NCBI GenBank assembly: GCA_963749705.1
Contig: CAVVNQ010000004.1
Span: forward strand, 64,001 to 128,000
Source of the DNA: an uncultured Chloroflexia bacterium
GTDB lineage: Bacteria > Chloroflexota > Limnocylindria > Limnocylindrales > CSP1-4
Reading direction: 5' to 3'
Length of the DNA: 64,000 nucleotides
In this document: positions 28,324 to 37,775 of the stretch, piece after piece
Numbering within the stretch: the stretch's first letter is position 1
How the letters are laid out: each line of letters begins with the position of its first letter
Notes under the pieces: generated by a model
Told to the model about the DNA's origin: nothing
Databases searched by the model: none
The model's input: only the letters and a program-made list of their open reading frames with translations
Program-made: the position numbers and the translations under genes

Positions 28324-28402
28324 CCCCGTCGCCGGGGGCCGCTCCCGCGCGCCCGCGCCCGGCGGGCCATCCGGTGCGCCCGACGCCGGGTAGGCTGTCG
28401 CG

Positions 28403-29689
28403 GTGACCACCACGTCGGAATCGGGCACCGGCCGCGCCATGGGACGGCGCCGCCGTGCATCCGCGGGCACGGCCGCCGCGCCGCGCGTCGACCAGCTGGC
28501 GTTCCTCCACGAGTTCGCGCAGCTCGCCACGCAGGCTCGCGACTGGGACGAGCTGATGCGAACGCTGGTCGACCGGACGACGGTGGCCCTGGGCGTCGAG
28601 GTCTGCTCGTTCTACCTGCTCGACCGCGATGGGCGGCGGCTGACGCTCGCGGCGACCAACGGGCTCGACGTGGCCAAGGTCGGCCAGGTCACGCTGCGGC
28701 TGGGCGAGGGCATCACCGGCCGTGCCGCCGAGACGCGATTGCCGGTCACGTCGCGCGACGTGACCGCCGATCCGCGATTCAGCTGGGTGCGCGGCTTCGA
28801 CAACGTCCAGCTGCACGGGATGCTGTCCGTCCCGCTGATCTGGAACGAGGCGGTGGTCGGGGTGCTCAACGTCCAGACCGCGGGCATCCGGGCGTTCACG
28901 CCCGACGAGGTCGAGTTCCTGTCGACGATCGCGGCCCTGCTGGCCGGCATCGTGGAGAAGGGCCGCCTGCAGGCCGAGGCGGAGGCGCAGCTCGACCGGC
29001 TGTCGCAGCTGGACGCGGCCCGGGCGGAGCTGCTCGCGGTCGTGACCCACGAGCTGCGCACGCCGCTGGCGGTGGTCCGCGCGTACGTCGACCTGCTTGC
29101 CGACGAGGCCACCGATGGCGAGGGCGGCAACCGGAACCTCGTCGAGACCTGGCGCGAGAGCGCCATCGACCAGGTCACGAGACTCGACCGGCTGGTGGAC
29201 TCGATCCTCGCGTCGGTGCGCGGCGAGGGGCTGACCGGCCTGCTCCGCGACCCGTTCGACGTGGTCACGGCGATCGGCGCCACCGTGGGCAACCTGGCGC
29301 TGCTGCTCCGTACCCGCGCCGTCCGCTGGGACCCGCCCACCCACCCGGTCGTCGCCCGGGGCGACGAGGCCCGCTTCCGCCAGGTGCTCGAGCAGATCCT
29401 CGACAACGAGGCGAAGTACGCGCCGCCGGAGGTCGCGGTCTCGATCGGCGTGTGGCGCCACGACGACGAGGTGCAGGTCTACATCACCGACGATGGGCCG
29501 GGCGTCCCGATCAACGACTGGGAGGCCGTGTTCCAGCCGTACGTGCGCGTCGATCGCCTGCGCGCGCGCGGATCGGGCATCGGGCTGTTCGCCGCCCGAC
29601 GGCTGATGGAGGCGATGGGCGGCCGGGTCTGGATCGAGAAGAACGGCTACGGCGGGTCGCGGTTCGTGGTGTCGCTGCCCATCGCCTGA
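28403..29689 (+). CDS. Soluble GAF-domain sensor histidine kinase
   Basis: GAF (LTLAATNGL, GEGITG.AA, LSVPL...VGVLNVQ), H-box HELRTPL, ILDNEAKY, DDGPGV, GSGIGL. No TM helix seen. Confidence 0.9.
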   Translation: MTTTSESGTGRAMGRRRRASAGTAAAPRVDQLAFLHEFAQLATQARDWDELMRTLVDRTTVALGVEVCSFYLLDRDGRRLTLAATNGLDVAKVGQVTLRLGEGITGRAAETRLPVTSRDVTADPRFSWVRGFDNVQLHGMLSVPLIWNEAVVGVLNVQTAGIRAFTPDEVEFLSTIAALLAGIVEKGRLQAEAEAQLDRLSQLDAARAELLAVVTHELRTPLAVVRAYVDLLADEATDGEGGNRNLVETWRESAIDQVTRLDRLVDSILASVRGEGLTGLLRDPFDVVTAIGATVGNLALLLRTRAVRWDPPTHPVVARGDEARFRQVLEQILDNEAKYAPPEVAVSIGVWRHDDEVQVYITDDGPGVPINDWEAVFQPYVRVDRLRARGSGIGLFAARRLMEAMGGRVWIEKNGYGGSRFVVSLPIA

Positions 29690-29725
29690 CGCGACCGACG
29701 CACTGCCGCCGGCCGCCGGATCGCC

Positions 29726-30835
29726 CTACCCGAGCGAGGTCACCACCAGCGACTCGCGGGCGCGCAGGTGCGCGTAGCGCGGCTTGACGACCTCGCTGAT
29801 CAGGCGCAGCCGCTCGTCGAACGCGACGAACGCGGACTTGAGCGCGTTGATCGTGAGCCATTCCATCTCGCCCAGCCCGATCCCGAACGCGGCGTCCAGC
29901 GCCTGAAACTCGGACGACAGCGAGACCCCGCTCATCAGCCGGTTGTCGGTGTTGACCGTCACCCGGAACCGGAGCCGGCGGAGCAGATCGAACGGGTGCT
30001 CCTCGATCGACGCCGCCGCGCCCGTGTGCACGTTCGAGGTCGGGCACATCTCGAGGGGCACGCGGCGGTCGCGGGCAAATGCCGCCAGCCGGCCCATCGA
30101 GACCGTCCCGTCCTCGTGGACGGTGATGTCGTCGACCATGCGGACGCCGTGCCCCAGTCGCTCGGCGCCGCACAGCTGGAGCGCCTCCCAGATCGACGGC
30201 AGCCCGAACGATTCACCGGCATGGATCGTGATGTGGAAGTTCTCGCGCCGGACGTGCTCGAACGCGTCGAGGTGGCGCGTGGGCCGGTAGCCGGCCTCGG
30301 GCCCGGCGATGTCGAAGCCGACCACACCGGCATCGCGCCACCTCACCGCCAGCTCCGCGATCTCCATCGACCGCGCCGCCTGGCGCATGGCCGTGATCAG
30401 CGCGCGGACCACGATCGGCCGCCCGGCGGCCTCCGCGTTCGCCATGCCGACCCGGAAGCCCTCGAGGTTGGCCTCGACGACCTCGTCCAGGGTCAGGCCC
30501 TTCTCGACCGACAGCTCTGGCGCGTACCGGATCTCCGCATACACGACGCCGTCCGCGGCCAGGTCCTCGACGCACTCGGCGGACACGCGGACGATGGCAT
30601 CGCGATCCTGGAGCACGCCGATCGTGTGCTGGAAGGTCTCGAGGTACAGCTCCAGCGACTTGCGGTCGGCGCCGCGGCGGAACCACGCCCCCAGCGCCTC
30701 CACGTCCTGCGTCGGCAGGTCGCGGTAGCCGTACTCGCGGGCGAGATCCACGATCGTCGCGGGGCGAAGACCGCCGTCGAGGTGGTCGTGGAGCAGCGCC
30801 TTGGGCGCCTCGCGGATGGTGTCGAGCGTGAGCAT
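29726..30835 (-). CDS. add: Adenosine deaminase
   Basis: [59 protein letters not shown]. Confidence 0.95.
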   Translation of the reverse strand: MLTLDTIREAPKALLHDHLDGGLRPATIVDLAREYGYRDLPTQDVEALGAWFRRGADRKSLELYLETFQHTIGVLQDRDAIVRVSAECVEDLAADGVVYAEIRYAPELSVEKGLTLDEVVEANLEGFRVGMANAEAAGRPIVVRALITAMRQAARSMEIAELAVRWRDAGVVGFDIAGPEAGYRPTRHLDAFEHVRRENFHITIHAGESFGLPSIWEALQLCGAERLGHGVRMVDDITVHEDGTVSMGRLAAFARDRRVPLEMCPTSNVHTGAAASIEEHPFDLLRRLRFRVTVNTDNRLMSGVSLSSEFQALDAAFGIGLGEMEWLTINALKSAFVAFDERLRLISEVVKPRYAHLRARESLVVTSLG

Positions 30836-30962
30836 GGCGGCCTCCGGACGTTCGAGCGATCGTAGCGCGGCCGCAGGCAACCGGTAGGGCCGACGGAACC
30901 GGGTCCGGCGGCCGGACGGACGCCGGTGCGAGTCGGCACCGCCATCGGCCGCGAGCCGGGGA

Positions 30963-31007
30963 CATCGGTCATTTGCCCGATGCGTCATCTGGCTCCGGTC
31001 GTACACT
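30963..31007 (+). promoter_or_regulatory. 20-bp palindrome plus -10 box upstream of STAND-LuxR copy 1
   Basis: CATCGGT-CATTTG-CCCGATG (30963-30982), 19-nt gap, TACACT (31002-31007). Confidence 0.65.
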
Positions 31008-31016
31008 CTGCAAACC

Positions 31017-33947
31017 ATGAGCCAGGTGCGTCCCCTGCTGAGCCCGATCCTGGTCGGTCGCGACGACCTGCTTGAGCTTGCGGAGCGCCGGCTCGCGGAG
31101 GCAGCCGATGGCCATGGTCAGCTGCTGCTCCTGGCCGGCGAGGCGGGCATCGGCAAGACCCGGTTGCTGGCGGCCATCCTGCGCAAGGCGGGCGGCGCGG
31201 GCTTCCGGATCTCGAAGGGCGATCTCGCCCCGCAGGACCGGCAGGTACCGCTGGCATCGATCCTCGACCTCGCCCGGACCATGCGCCGGCTGCCCGAGTT
31301 CGGCACGCTCGGCGACGACCTGCTGGAGATCCGCGGCGGGCAGGGCGGCGACAACCTCGGCTCGCGGCGGCTGCTCGTCCGCGACATCGCCGAACGGATC
31401 ATCACATCCGTCGAGGCGCCCACCGTCCTGGTGTTCGATGACCTCCAGTGGGCCGACGAGATCAGCCTCGAGGTGATCGGCGAGCTGGCGCGCATGGGCC
31501 GCGGCATGCCGCTCCTGCTCGTGGGCGCGTACCGTGCCGACGAGCTCCCGGCTGGTTCGTATCACCGTGAGTGGCGCGCCCGCCTGCTCAGCCAGCGACT
31601 GGCCGAGGAGGCACGGCTGAGCCCAATGACCTACGAACAGACGGCGCTGGTCACGACGCTCATCCTGGGCACCGGCCTGCCGGCGCCCCGCGAGGTGGTC
31701 AAGGCGGTGTTCGAGCGGACGGACGGGATCCCGCTCCACATCGAGGAGCTCCTCGGCGCGCTCAGCGACGACGCCCGCCAGGATGGCCGTGCCATCCGCG
31801 AGGCCGTGGTCCCGGACACGATCGAGGACGCGATCCTCGCCCGCGCCGGACGACTGTCGCCGGCGGCGCGCGAGGTCGCGCGGGCCGGCGCCGTGATCGG
31901 GCGCTGCTTCGTCCCGGAGGTCCTGGCGGGCGTCCTGGACCGGCCGCTGCATGAGCTCGACGCGCCCCTCGCCGAGCTCGTCGCCAGCTCGTTCCTGTAT
32001 CCCTTCGACTTCCTCGACCGTGGCTATTACGACTTCCGCCACCAGCTGCTGCGCGACGCCCTGTACGAGAGCGTGCCGGCCGCCGACCTGCGACGGATGC
32101 ACGCGCGGGCCGGGGAGTTCGGCGCGCAGCTTGCGGGCGCCTCGGAGGTCCATGCATCCGTCCACTTCGAGCGAGCCGGCCTCAGGGCGCAGGCGTTCCG
32201 CGCCGCCCTCGCCGGCGCGCGCGCGGCCGGAGCGATGACGAGCCGGCGCGAGTCATTCGAGCTGTACGCCAGGGCCGCGGCGAACATCCCCGAGGATCTC
32301 CCGGCCCTCGAGCGCGCCGAGCTGTACGACGGCTACTTCGAGGCGGCCGCCGCGGTTGATGACGTCGCTGTGATGGTCGAGGCCGCCAGGCTGGCGCGCC
32401 GCTGGTATGTCGAGGCCGGCCTGCCGGCCGGCGCGGCGGCTGCGCTGCTCAACGAGGCGGGCGTCGCGCGCCGGGACGTCCGGCCCGCGTCGGATCGCCT
32501 GCGACTGCTCGACCAGGCCGAATCGGAGCTCCGCGAGCTGCCGGAATCGGCCGAGCGGGCGTCGCTCATGTCCGACCTCCGCCTGTTCCAGGCCCTCGTC
32601 AGCCTTGACCGGGTCCAGCTCGACGAGGCCGCCTCGTTGATCGATGAGGCGCGATCGCTGTGGCTCGCGTCGGGGAACACCGACACGCGCGGCATCGACT
32701 TCATCGCCGCGAGCGTGGACGTGCTGGCGGGGCAGGTCGACACCGGGCTCGCGACCATGCTCCGGATCGCGCGCGAGGCGCGCGACCTGCGCATGGAGAG
32801 CACCGGTGTGACGGCGTACCGGTGGGCGGCCGCCGTCGCGATCCGGGTGATGGACTATCCGAGCGCGGAGGTCGGGCTTCGGGAGGGCCTGCGCTACGCG
32901 GACGAGATCGAGCAGTCGTACTGTCGCCACGTGCTCGCGGCCACGTCGGCGCACGTTGCCTGGGCGCAGGGGCGATGGGACGATACGATCCCGGCCGCCG
33001 AGATCGAGATCGTCGAACCCGGCAGCCGCCGCGGCACGCTGGGCTCGCGTGACGCGCTCGGCTTCGTCGCGTTCGGTCGGGGGCAGGTGGATCGCGCCCG
33101 CGGCCTGTTCAACGCCTCGCTCGAGATCGGGCGCGCGACCGGCGAGGTCGAGCTGATCATGCCCGCGCTGTGGGGCATGGCCGAGACGGCGCTGGTGTCG
33201 GGCGAGCCGCAGGTCGCCATCGAGCGCTGCAGCGAGGCGCTGGAGCTGGCCGCCGCGACCGGCGAGCGGGCGCTGCTGATCCCGTTCCTGGTCACCGGCG
33301 TGCGAGCGCACCTCGCCGCTCGCCGACCCGAGGCCGCCGAGCGCTGGTCCGACCAGGTGCGGCCGATGCTCGCCGGATGGGGGCGGCGCGCGCAACCCGC
33401 CATCGACAACGCTGAGGGGTTGATCCGCCTTGCGGCGGGATCGACCGTGGCCGCCCGCACCGCGCTCGAGGCCGCGGTCGACGGCTGGGACGCCCTGGCC
33501 CGGATCTGGGAAGCGACGTGGGCCCGCCTCGACCTCGCTGCCTGCCTCCTGCGGGCCAACCGCCAGGCGGAGGCGATCCCGCTCATGCGCGACATCAAGG
33601 CGCTCGCCGAGCGCCTTGACAGCCCGCCGCTGCTCGCCCGGGCCGCGGAGCTGACCGACATCGCGCGCGGACGCGGCGGGGAGGAGGAACCGTGGCGGCC
33701 GCTGACGGCCCGGGAGTACGAGATCGCCCGGAGCGTCGCTGATGGCCTCACCAATGGCGAGATCGCGGGCCGGCTGGGCCTGTCGCCCAAGACCGTCAGC
33801 GCCCACGTCGAGCACATCCTGACCAAGCTCGGTGCCAGCCGGCGCTCCGAGATCGCCGCGTGGACCGTCGCGATCCGACCGGCGGCTGCCAGCGCCGCGG
33901 CACCGGCCACGTCGGTGACCGCGGCGGCAATCGGCGCCCGTCGCTGA
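31017..33947 (+). CDS. STAND-class ATPase / helical-repeat / LuxR-HTH regulator (MalT/LAL-like), copy 1
   Basis: LVGRDD, Walker A GEAGIGKT, Walker [33 protein letters not shown]-terminal LTAREYEIA...[27 protein letters not shown]. Confidence 0.93.
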   Translation: MSQVRPLLSPILVGRDDLLELAERRLAEAADGHGQLLLLAGEAGIGKTRLLAAILRKAGGAGFRISKGDLAPQDRQVPLASILDLARTMRRLPEFGTLGDDLLEIRGGQGGDNLGSRRLLVRDIAERIITSVEAPTVLVFDDLQWADEISLEVIGELARMGRGMPLLLVGAYRADELPAGSYHREWRARLLSQRLAEEARLSPMTYEQTALVTTLILGTGLPAPREVVKAVFERTDGIPLHIEELLGALSDDARQDGRAIREAVVPDTIEDAILARAGRLSPAAREVARAGAVIGRCFVPEVLAGVLDRPLHELDAPLAELVASSFLYPFDFLDRGYYDFRHQLLRDALYESVPAADLRRMHARAGEFGAQLAGASEVHASVHFERAGLRAQAFRAALAGARAAGAMTSRRESFELYARAAANIPEDLPALERAELYDGYFEAAAAVDDVAVMVEAARLARRWYVEAGLPAGAAAALLNEAGVARRDVRPASDRLRLLDQAESELRELPESAERASLMSDLRLFQALVSLDRVQLDEAASLIDEARSLWLASGNTDTRGIDFIAASVDVLAGQVDTGLATMLRIAREARDLRMESTGVTAYRWAAAVAIRVMDYPSAEVGLREGLRYADEIEQSYCRHVLAATSAHVAWAQGRWDDTIPAAEIEIVEPGSRRGTLGSRDALGFVAFGRGQVDRARGLFNASLEIGRATGEVELIMPALWGMAETALVSGEPQVAIERCSEALELAAATGERALLIPFLVTGVRAHLAARRPEAAERWSDQVRPMLAGWGRRAQPAIDNAEGLIRLAAGSTVAARTALEAAVDGWDALARIWEATWARLDLAACLLRANRQAEAIPLMRDIKALAERLDSPPLLARAAELTDIARGRGGEEEPWRPLTAREYEIARSVADGLTNGEIAGRLGLSPKTVSAHVEHILTKLGASRRSEIAAWTVAIRPAAASAAAPATSVTAAAIGARR

Positions 33948-33983
33948 CTCTCTGTCCGGCGGCAGGATCCCGCGGGCATGGAA

Positions 33984-34020
33984 CGGCCCCGGTCGCCCGC
34001 GACGGGAACGACCGGGGCCG
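33984..34020. terminator. GC-rich hairpin between convergent genes
   Basis: CGGCCCCGGTCG (33984-33995) pairs with CGACCGGGGCCG (34009-34020); no U-tract. Confidence 0.5.
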
Positions 34021-34040
34021 GGGTGCCGGCGAAGTTGCGA

Positions 34041-34382
34041 CTACCCCTCGAAGGTGCTCAGGTTCGGATTGCAGGCGATGCCGGGGTTGAGCCCGATCAA
34101 CGTGAGCTGATCGCGGACCGCCTTGGGGATCTGGCCCCACGACTGGGCGTGACCCGGATCTCCCTTGGTTGCGACGGCCTTGAGCGTGGAGTCACTGTCA
34201 TCGGTGTACCACTGGAGGTCCTCCTGGCCCGAATAGGCGCAGTCGGATCGACCGTGGACATCCTTCAGCTGGCCGTTGCCGGTGATCTCGCCGGCCATCG
34301 CGGTGCCGGCAACCATGCTGAGGGCAAGGGCGGCGGTCGCGGCGGCGATGCCGAGCCTCGATGCGGTTCGGGTGTGCGTCAT
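34041..34382 (-). CDS. Small secreted hypothetical protein (113 aa, two Cys)
   Basis: SD GGAGG; signal peptide MTHTRTASRLGIAAATAALALSMVAGTAMA followed by GEITGNG; mature part contains SDCAYSG...QSWGQ...PGIACNP. Confidence 0.8.
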   Translation of the reverse strand: MTHTRTASRLGIAAATAALALSMVAGTAMAGEITGNGQLKDVHGRSDCAYSGQEDLQWYTDDSDSTLKAVATKGDPGHAQSWGQIPKAVRDQLTLIGLNPGIACNPNLSTFEG

Positions 34383-34429
34383 TGAAATCGATCCTCCGTT
34401 GTCGTGGGAACTGTGTCGCGATCCAGGGT

Positions 34430-34678
34430 TCAGACCTCGACGCTGAGCTCGTAGACCTCGGGCGTGGGATGCCCCGCCTGCTCGTGGATCCGCATCACCG
34501 CCTCCTTCGAGGGGCCCGACGCGAGGCAGAACACCTTGCCCGCCTCGGGATCGAGCCACGCATGCTCGAAGTGCACGCCCTCCGTGTCCTCGATCGCGAG
34601 GTCGCGGTCGTGGGCCTCCTGGAGCTGCTCGCCGGTGACGCCGAAGAACCCTTCGTGCACATCCATGAACTTCGCCAT
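34430..34678 (-). CDS. DUF4242 / SCO4226-like small His-rich (putative nickel-binding) protein
   Basis: MAKFMDVH...EAHDRDL..E..EGVHF...W.DPEAGKVFCL..GPSKEAV.RIH..AGHP..EVYE; SD GGAGGT. Confidence 0.88.
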   Translation of the reverse strand: MAKFMDVHEGFFGVTGEQLQEAHDRDLAIEDTEGVHFEHAWLDPEAGKVFCLASGPSKEAVMRIHEQAGHPTPEVYELSVEV

Positions 34679-34746
34679 TTGCCACCTCCGGAATGTGGGA
34701 CGCCGGTCGTACCCTGCCCCGAGACTGGCTGATCGCGGCGAGTCCG

Positions 34747-34792
34747 TCATCGGTCGATCTACCGATGAGGGGTCGCGAGATGCACGTAGACT
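34747..34792 (+). promoter_or_regulatory. Palindrome plus -10 box upstream of STAND-LuxR copy 2, in the region divergent from DUF4242
   Basis: TCATCGGT-CGATCT-ACCGATGA (34747-34768). TAGACT at 34787-34792, 19 nt after the 20-bp core. Confidence 0.7.
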
Positions 34793-34802
34793 CCACGGCG
34801 GG

Positions 34803-37775
34803 ATGGCGACGAACGAGCTCGTGATCTGCCCGGTCCTCGTGGGTCGCGACGACCTGCTGGCGCTGGCGGGCCGACGCCTGCGTGAAGCTGCCGCGTCGCG
34901 CGGCGGGTTGCTGTGCCTCGCCGGTGAAGCCGGGATCGGCAAGACGCGGCTGGCCGGGGCAATCGAGCGACGCGCCGTGTCGGCGGGCTTCGTGATCGCG
35001 AGAGGGATCGCCTACCCGCGTGACCTCGAGGTGGCCGGTGGCGTGTTCATCGACCTTGCGCGCTCCCTCGGCCGGATCCCCGGGCTCGACCGCGTCGGTG
35101 CGGCGCTGGGCGAGCTGCTCGGTGGGCCTGGCGACAGGGCGCCGACGGCGGGCGACGCGCATCGGCGGCGGCGCATCCTCATGCTGGACGTGGTCGATCT
35201 GCTCGCGGGTCTGCCGGCGCGGACGCCGGTGATGCTCACGCTCGAGGATCTCCACTGGGCGGACGACCTGACGCTGGAGATCGTCGGGGCGCTCGCGCGA
35301 CGGCTGCCGGAGCTGCCGCTCATGGTCCTCGCGACATACCGGAGCGACGAGCTGTACCCCCGCGTCCCGATGCGCGAGTGGCGCGCGCGGCTGCTGGCGG
35401 GGCGCCTCGCGGAGGAGACGCGCGTCAGCCGCCTGGATCGCGACGGGACGGCGTCCATGGCGACCCTGATCCTCGGAACCGGGCTGCCCGCGCCGCGAGA
35501 CCTGGTGATGTCGATCCACGAGCGCTCCGACGGCGTGCCACTGCACGTCGAGGAGCTCCTCGCGGTGGTGCGGGCGGCGGGTCCGGAAGCGATCGCGTCG
35601 ACGGTGGTCCCGGAAACGCTCGACGAGGCCATCCTGCTGCGAGCGGGGCGACTCTCCGTCCGGGCGCGCCGGGTGGCCGATGCCGCCGCCGTCATCGGCC
35701 GGTCGTTCGACGTGTCCCTCCTGGCGGGCGTCGTCGACCGCTCCGCGGACCAGCTGTCCGCACCGCTCCGGGAGCTCGAGACCGCGTACTTCGTGGCCGA
35801 GACGGCCGATGCGGGTCGCCTCGACTTTCGGCACGCGCTGATCCGCGACGCGCTGTACCGGCAGGTGCCGGCGCATGTGCGCCGTCGCCTGCACGGCCGC
35901 GTCGCCGACGCCGCGGCGACGGATCCACGGTTCGATGCCGCCTTCCGGTCGACCCACCTGGAGGAAGCCGGCCGCAGCGCCGAGGCCTTCGCGGCCGCGC
36001 TCGAGGGCGGGCGCCGCGCGGCCGCCATGTCCGCCCATCGCGAGGCGCTCGAGCTGCTCGAACGGGCGCGGCGGACCGCACCACCCGAGCTGCAGCCCCA
36101 GGACCGCGCTTCGATGCTCGCCGCGCTCGCCGACGAGGCGGCCGCCACCGACGCCAACGACAACGCCGACCGGAGCTACGAGGAGGCGATCGAGCTGCTG
36201 CGCCGCGTCGGTGATCTCCGGGCGGCATCGGCGCTCGTGCCGCGCCAGGTTGCCGTCCGACACCTGCTGGGCGACGACCTGCAGGCCCGGTCCGAGCGAC
36301 TGGAGGCCGCGGTCCGCGCACTGGAGGCGGTCCCCGACGACACCGCGACACGAGCCGTGCGCGCCAGGCTGCTGTCGGGGCTGGCGGCAGCCAACATGCT
36401 CGATCGCCGGCTCGAGACCGCGATCGCGTACGGCGAGGCGGGCCGTGAGCTGGCCATCGAGACCGGCGAGCAGGGCATCGAGCTGGACGTTGCCGCGACC
36501 GTCGGCTCGTGCCTGGTGTTCGCGGGGCGCATGGACGAGGGCTGGGCGCTGCTCGAGCGCGCGGTCGCCGAGGCCCGATCGGCGCACCGCGAGTCGGAGG
36601 CTGCCCGCGCGTACCGGATGATCGGCTCGTGCGCCTCGGTGCTCGTCGAGTACGGGCGCGCCGAACGCTGGCTCGGCGAGGGCATCGAGCTGGCAGAGCG
36701 CGTCGAGCTCTGGAACCATCGCCATTACATGGCCGCGCACCTCGGTCACGTACGCTGGGCGAGTGGCGCCTGGCCCGACGCCGAGCGGCTCGCGGCACAT
36801 GCCCTTGCCGACGGCCGGGGCGGCATCACGACCCGGATCACCGCGCTCCACGTGCTCGGCTACGTCAATGTCGGCCGCGGGCATCTCGACGATGCGCAAC
36901 GGATCCTCACGGAGGCGCTCGAGCTGGGCGAGCAGATGGCCGAGCTCCAGCGGATCTCGCCCGCCGTGTGGGGCCTGGCCGAGGCGGCGCTGCTCGCCGG
37001 CGATCCGCATCGCGCCATCGCCTGGTGCGAGAAGGGCGAAGCGGCCTCCGACGCCGTGGCCGACGCTGCCTACCTGTTCCCGTTCCTCGTCACGGGCGCG
37101 CGAGCGCATCTGGCGGCCGGCGATCCGGCCGCGGCGGCTGCCTGGACCACCCGGGTGTCCGCCGCCGTGGCCCATCGCGGGATCCCCGGCACCATGCCGG
37201 CGATCGACCATGCGCGCGGCCTGGTGGAGCTCGCAAACGGCGCCACGGGACGCGCACGTGCGTCGCTGGACATCGCGCGCCGCCAGTGGCACGAGCATCA
37301 ACGGACGTGGGAGGGATCCTGGGCGGCGCTCGACCTCGCGGTCGCGCTCGCGCGCTCCAACCTGCCGGGCGAGGCGCGGCGGATCGCGCTCGAGGCGGAG
37401 GGGATCGCCGACCAGCTGGACTCGGCGCCGCTGCGGCGGGCCGCAGCGGACCTGCTGGCCAGGCTGCGGTCACGCACCGGTCCGGTGCCTCCGTGGGCGC
37501 CGCTCACGGCACGCGAGTACACGGTCGCCCGGCTCATCGCGGCGGGGTCGACCAACAGCGAGATCGCGCTGGAGCTGGGCATCGCCCCGCGCACGGCCAC
37601 GTCGCACGTGGAGCACATCCTTGCCAAACTGGGGTTCACACGGCGGGCGGAGGTGGCGGCGTGGGTCGGCCGCACGGCGGCCGCACCGTCGATGCCCAGC
37701 GAGAACGCCGGTGGCGGTGCGTCGATGTCGCTCGTCGACACGCCACGCCGCCGGGCGACAGGGAGCGATCGATGA
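34803..37775 (+). CDS. STAND-class ATPase / helical-repeat / LuxR-HTH regulator, copy 2
   Basis: [70 protein letters not shown]...STNSEIA.ELGIAPRTATSHVEHILAKLG. Confidence 0.93.
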   Translation: MATNELVICPVLVGRDDLLALAGRRLREAAASRGGLLCLAGEAGIGKTRLAGAIERRAVSAGFVIARGIAYPRDLEVAGGVFIDLARSLGRIPGLDRVGAALGELLGGPGDRAPTAGDAHRRRRILMLDVVDLLAGLPARTPVMLTLEDLHWADDLTLEIVGALARRLPELPLMVLATYRSDELYPRVPMREWRARLLAGRLAEETRVSRLDRDGTASMATLILGTGLPAPRDLVMSIHERSDGVPLHVEELLAVVRAAGPEAIASTVVPETLDEAILLRAGRLSVRARRVADAAAVIGRSFDVSLLAGVVDRSADQLSAPLRELETAYFVAETADAGRLDFRHALIRDALYRQVPAHVRRRLHGRVADAAATDPRFDAAFRSTHLEEAGRSAEAFAAALEGGRRAAAMSAHREALELLERARRTAPPELQPQDRASMLAALADEAAATDANDNADRSYEEAIELLRRVGDLRAASALVPRQVAVRHLLGDDLQARSERLEAAVRALEAVPDDTATRAVRARLLSGLAAANMLDRRLETAIAYGEAGRELAIETGEQGIELDVAATVGSCLVFAGRMDEGWALLERAVAEARSAHRESEAARAYRMIGSCASVLVEYGRAERWLGEGIELAERVELWNHRHYMAAHLGHVRWASGAWPDAERLAAHALADGRGGITTRITALHVLGYVNVGRGHLDDAQRILTEALELGEQMAELQRISPAVWGLAEAALLAGDPHRAIAWCEKGEAASDAVADAAYLFPFLVTGARAHLAAGDPAAAAAWTTRVSAAVAHRGIPGTMPAIDHARGLVELANGATGRARASLDIARRQWHEHQRTWEGSWAALDLAVALARSNLPGEARRIALEAEGIADQLDSAPLRRAAADLLARLRSRTGPVPPWAPLTAREYTVARLIAAGSTNSEIALELGIAPRTATSHVEHILAKLGFTRRAEVAAWVGRTAAAPSMPSENAGGGASMSLVDTPRRRATGSDR

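Noticed and set aside
34383-37301. 1086-aa minus-strand ORF
   Set aside because: Antisense to STAND-LuxR copy 2; only the last 113 codons, with their own SD and signal peptide, look real.
31017-37775. STAND ATPases as Avs/NLR-like anti-phage proteins
   Set aside because: Both end in a LuxR HTH and lack an N-terminal nuclease, TIR, SIR2 or protease effector; the architecture is that of transcription regulators.
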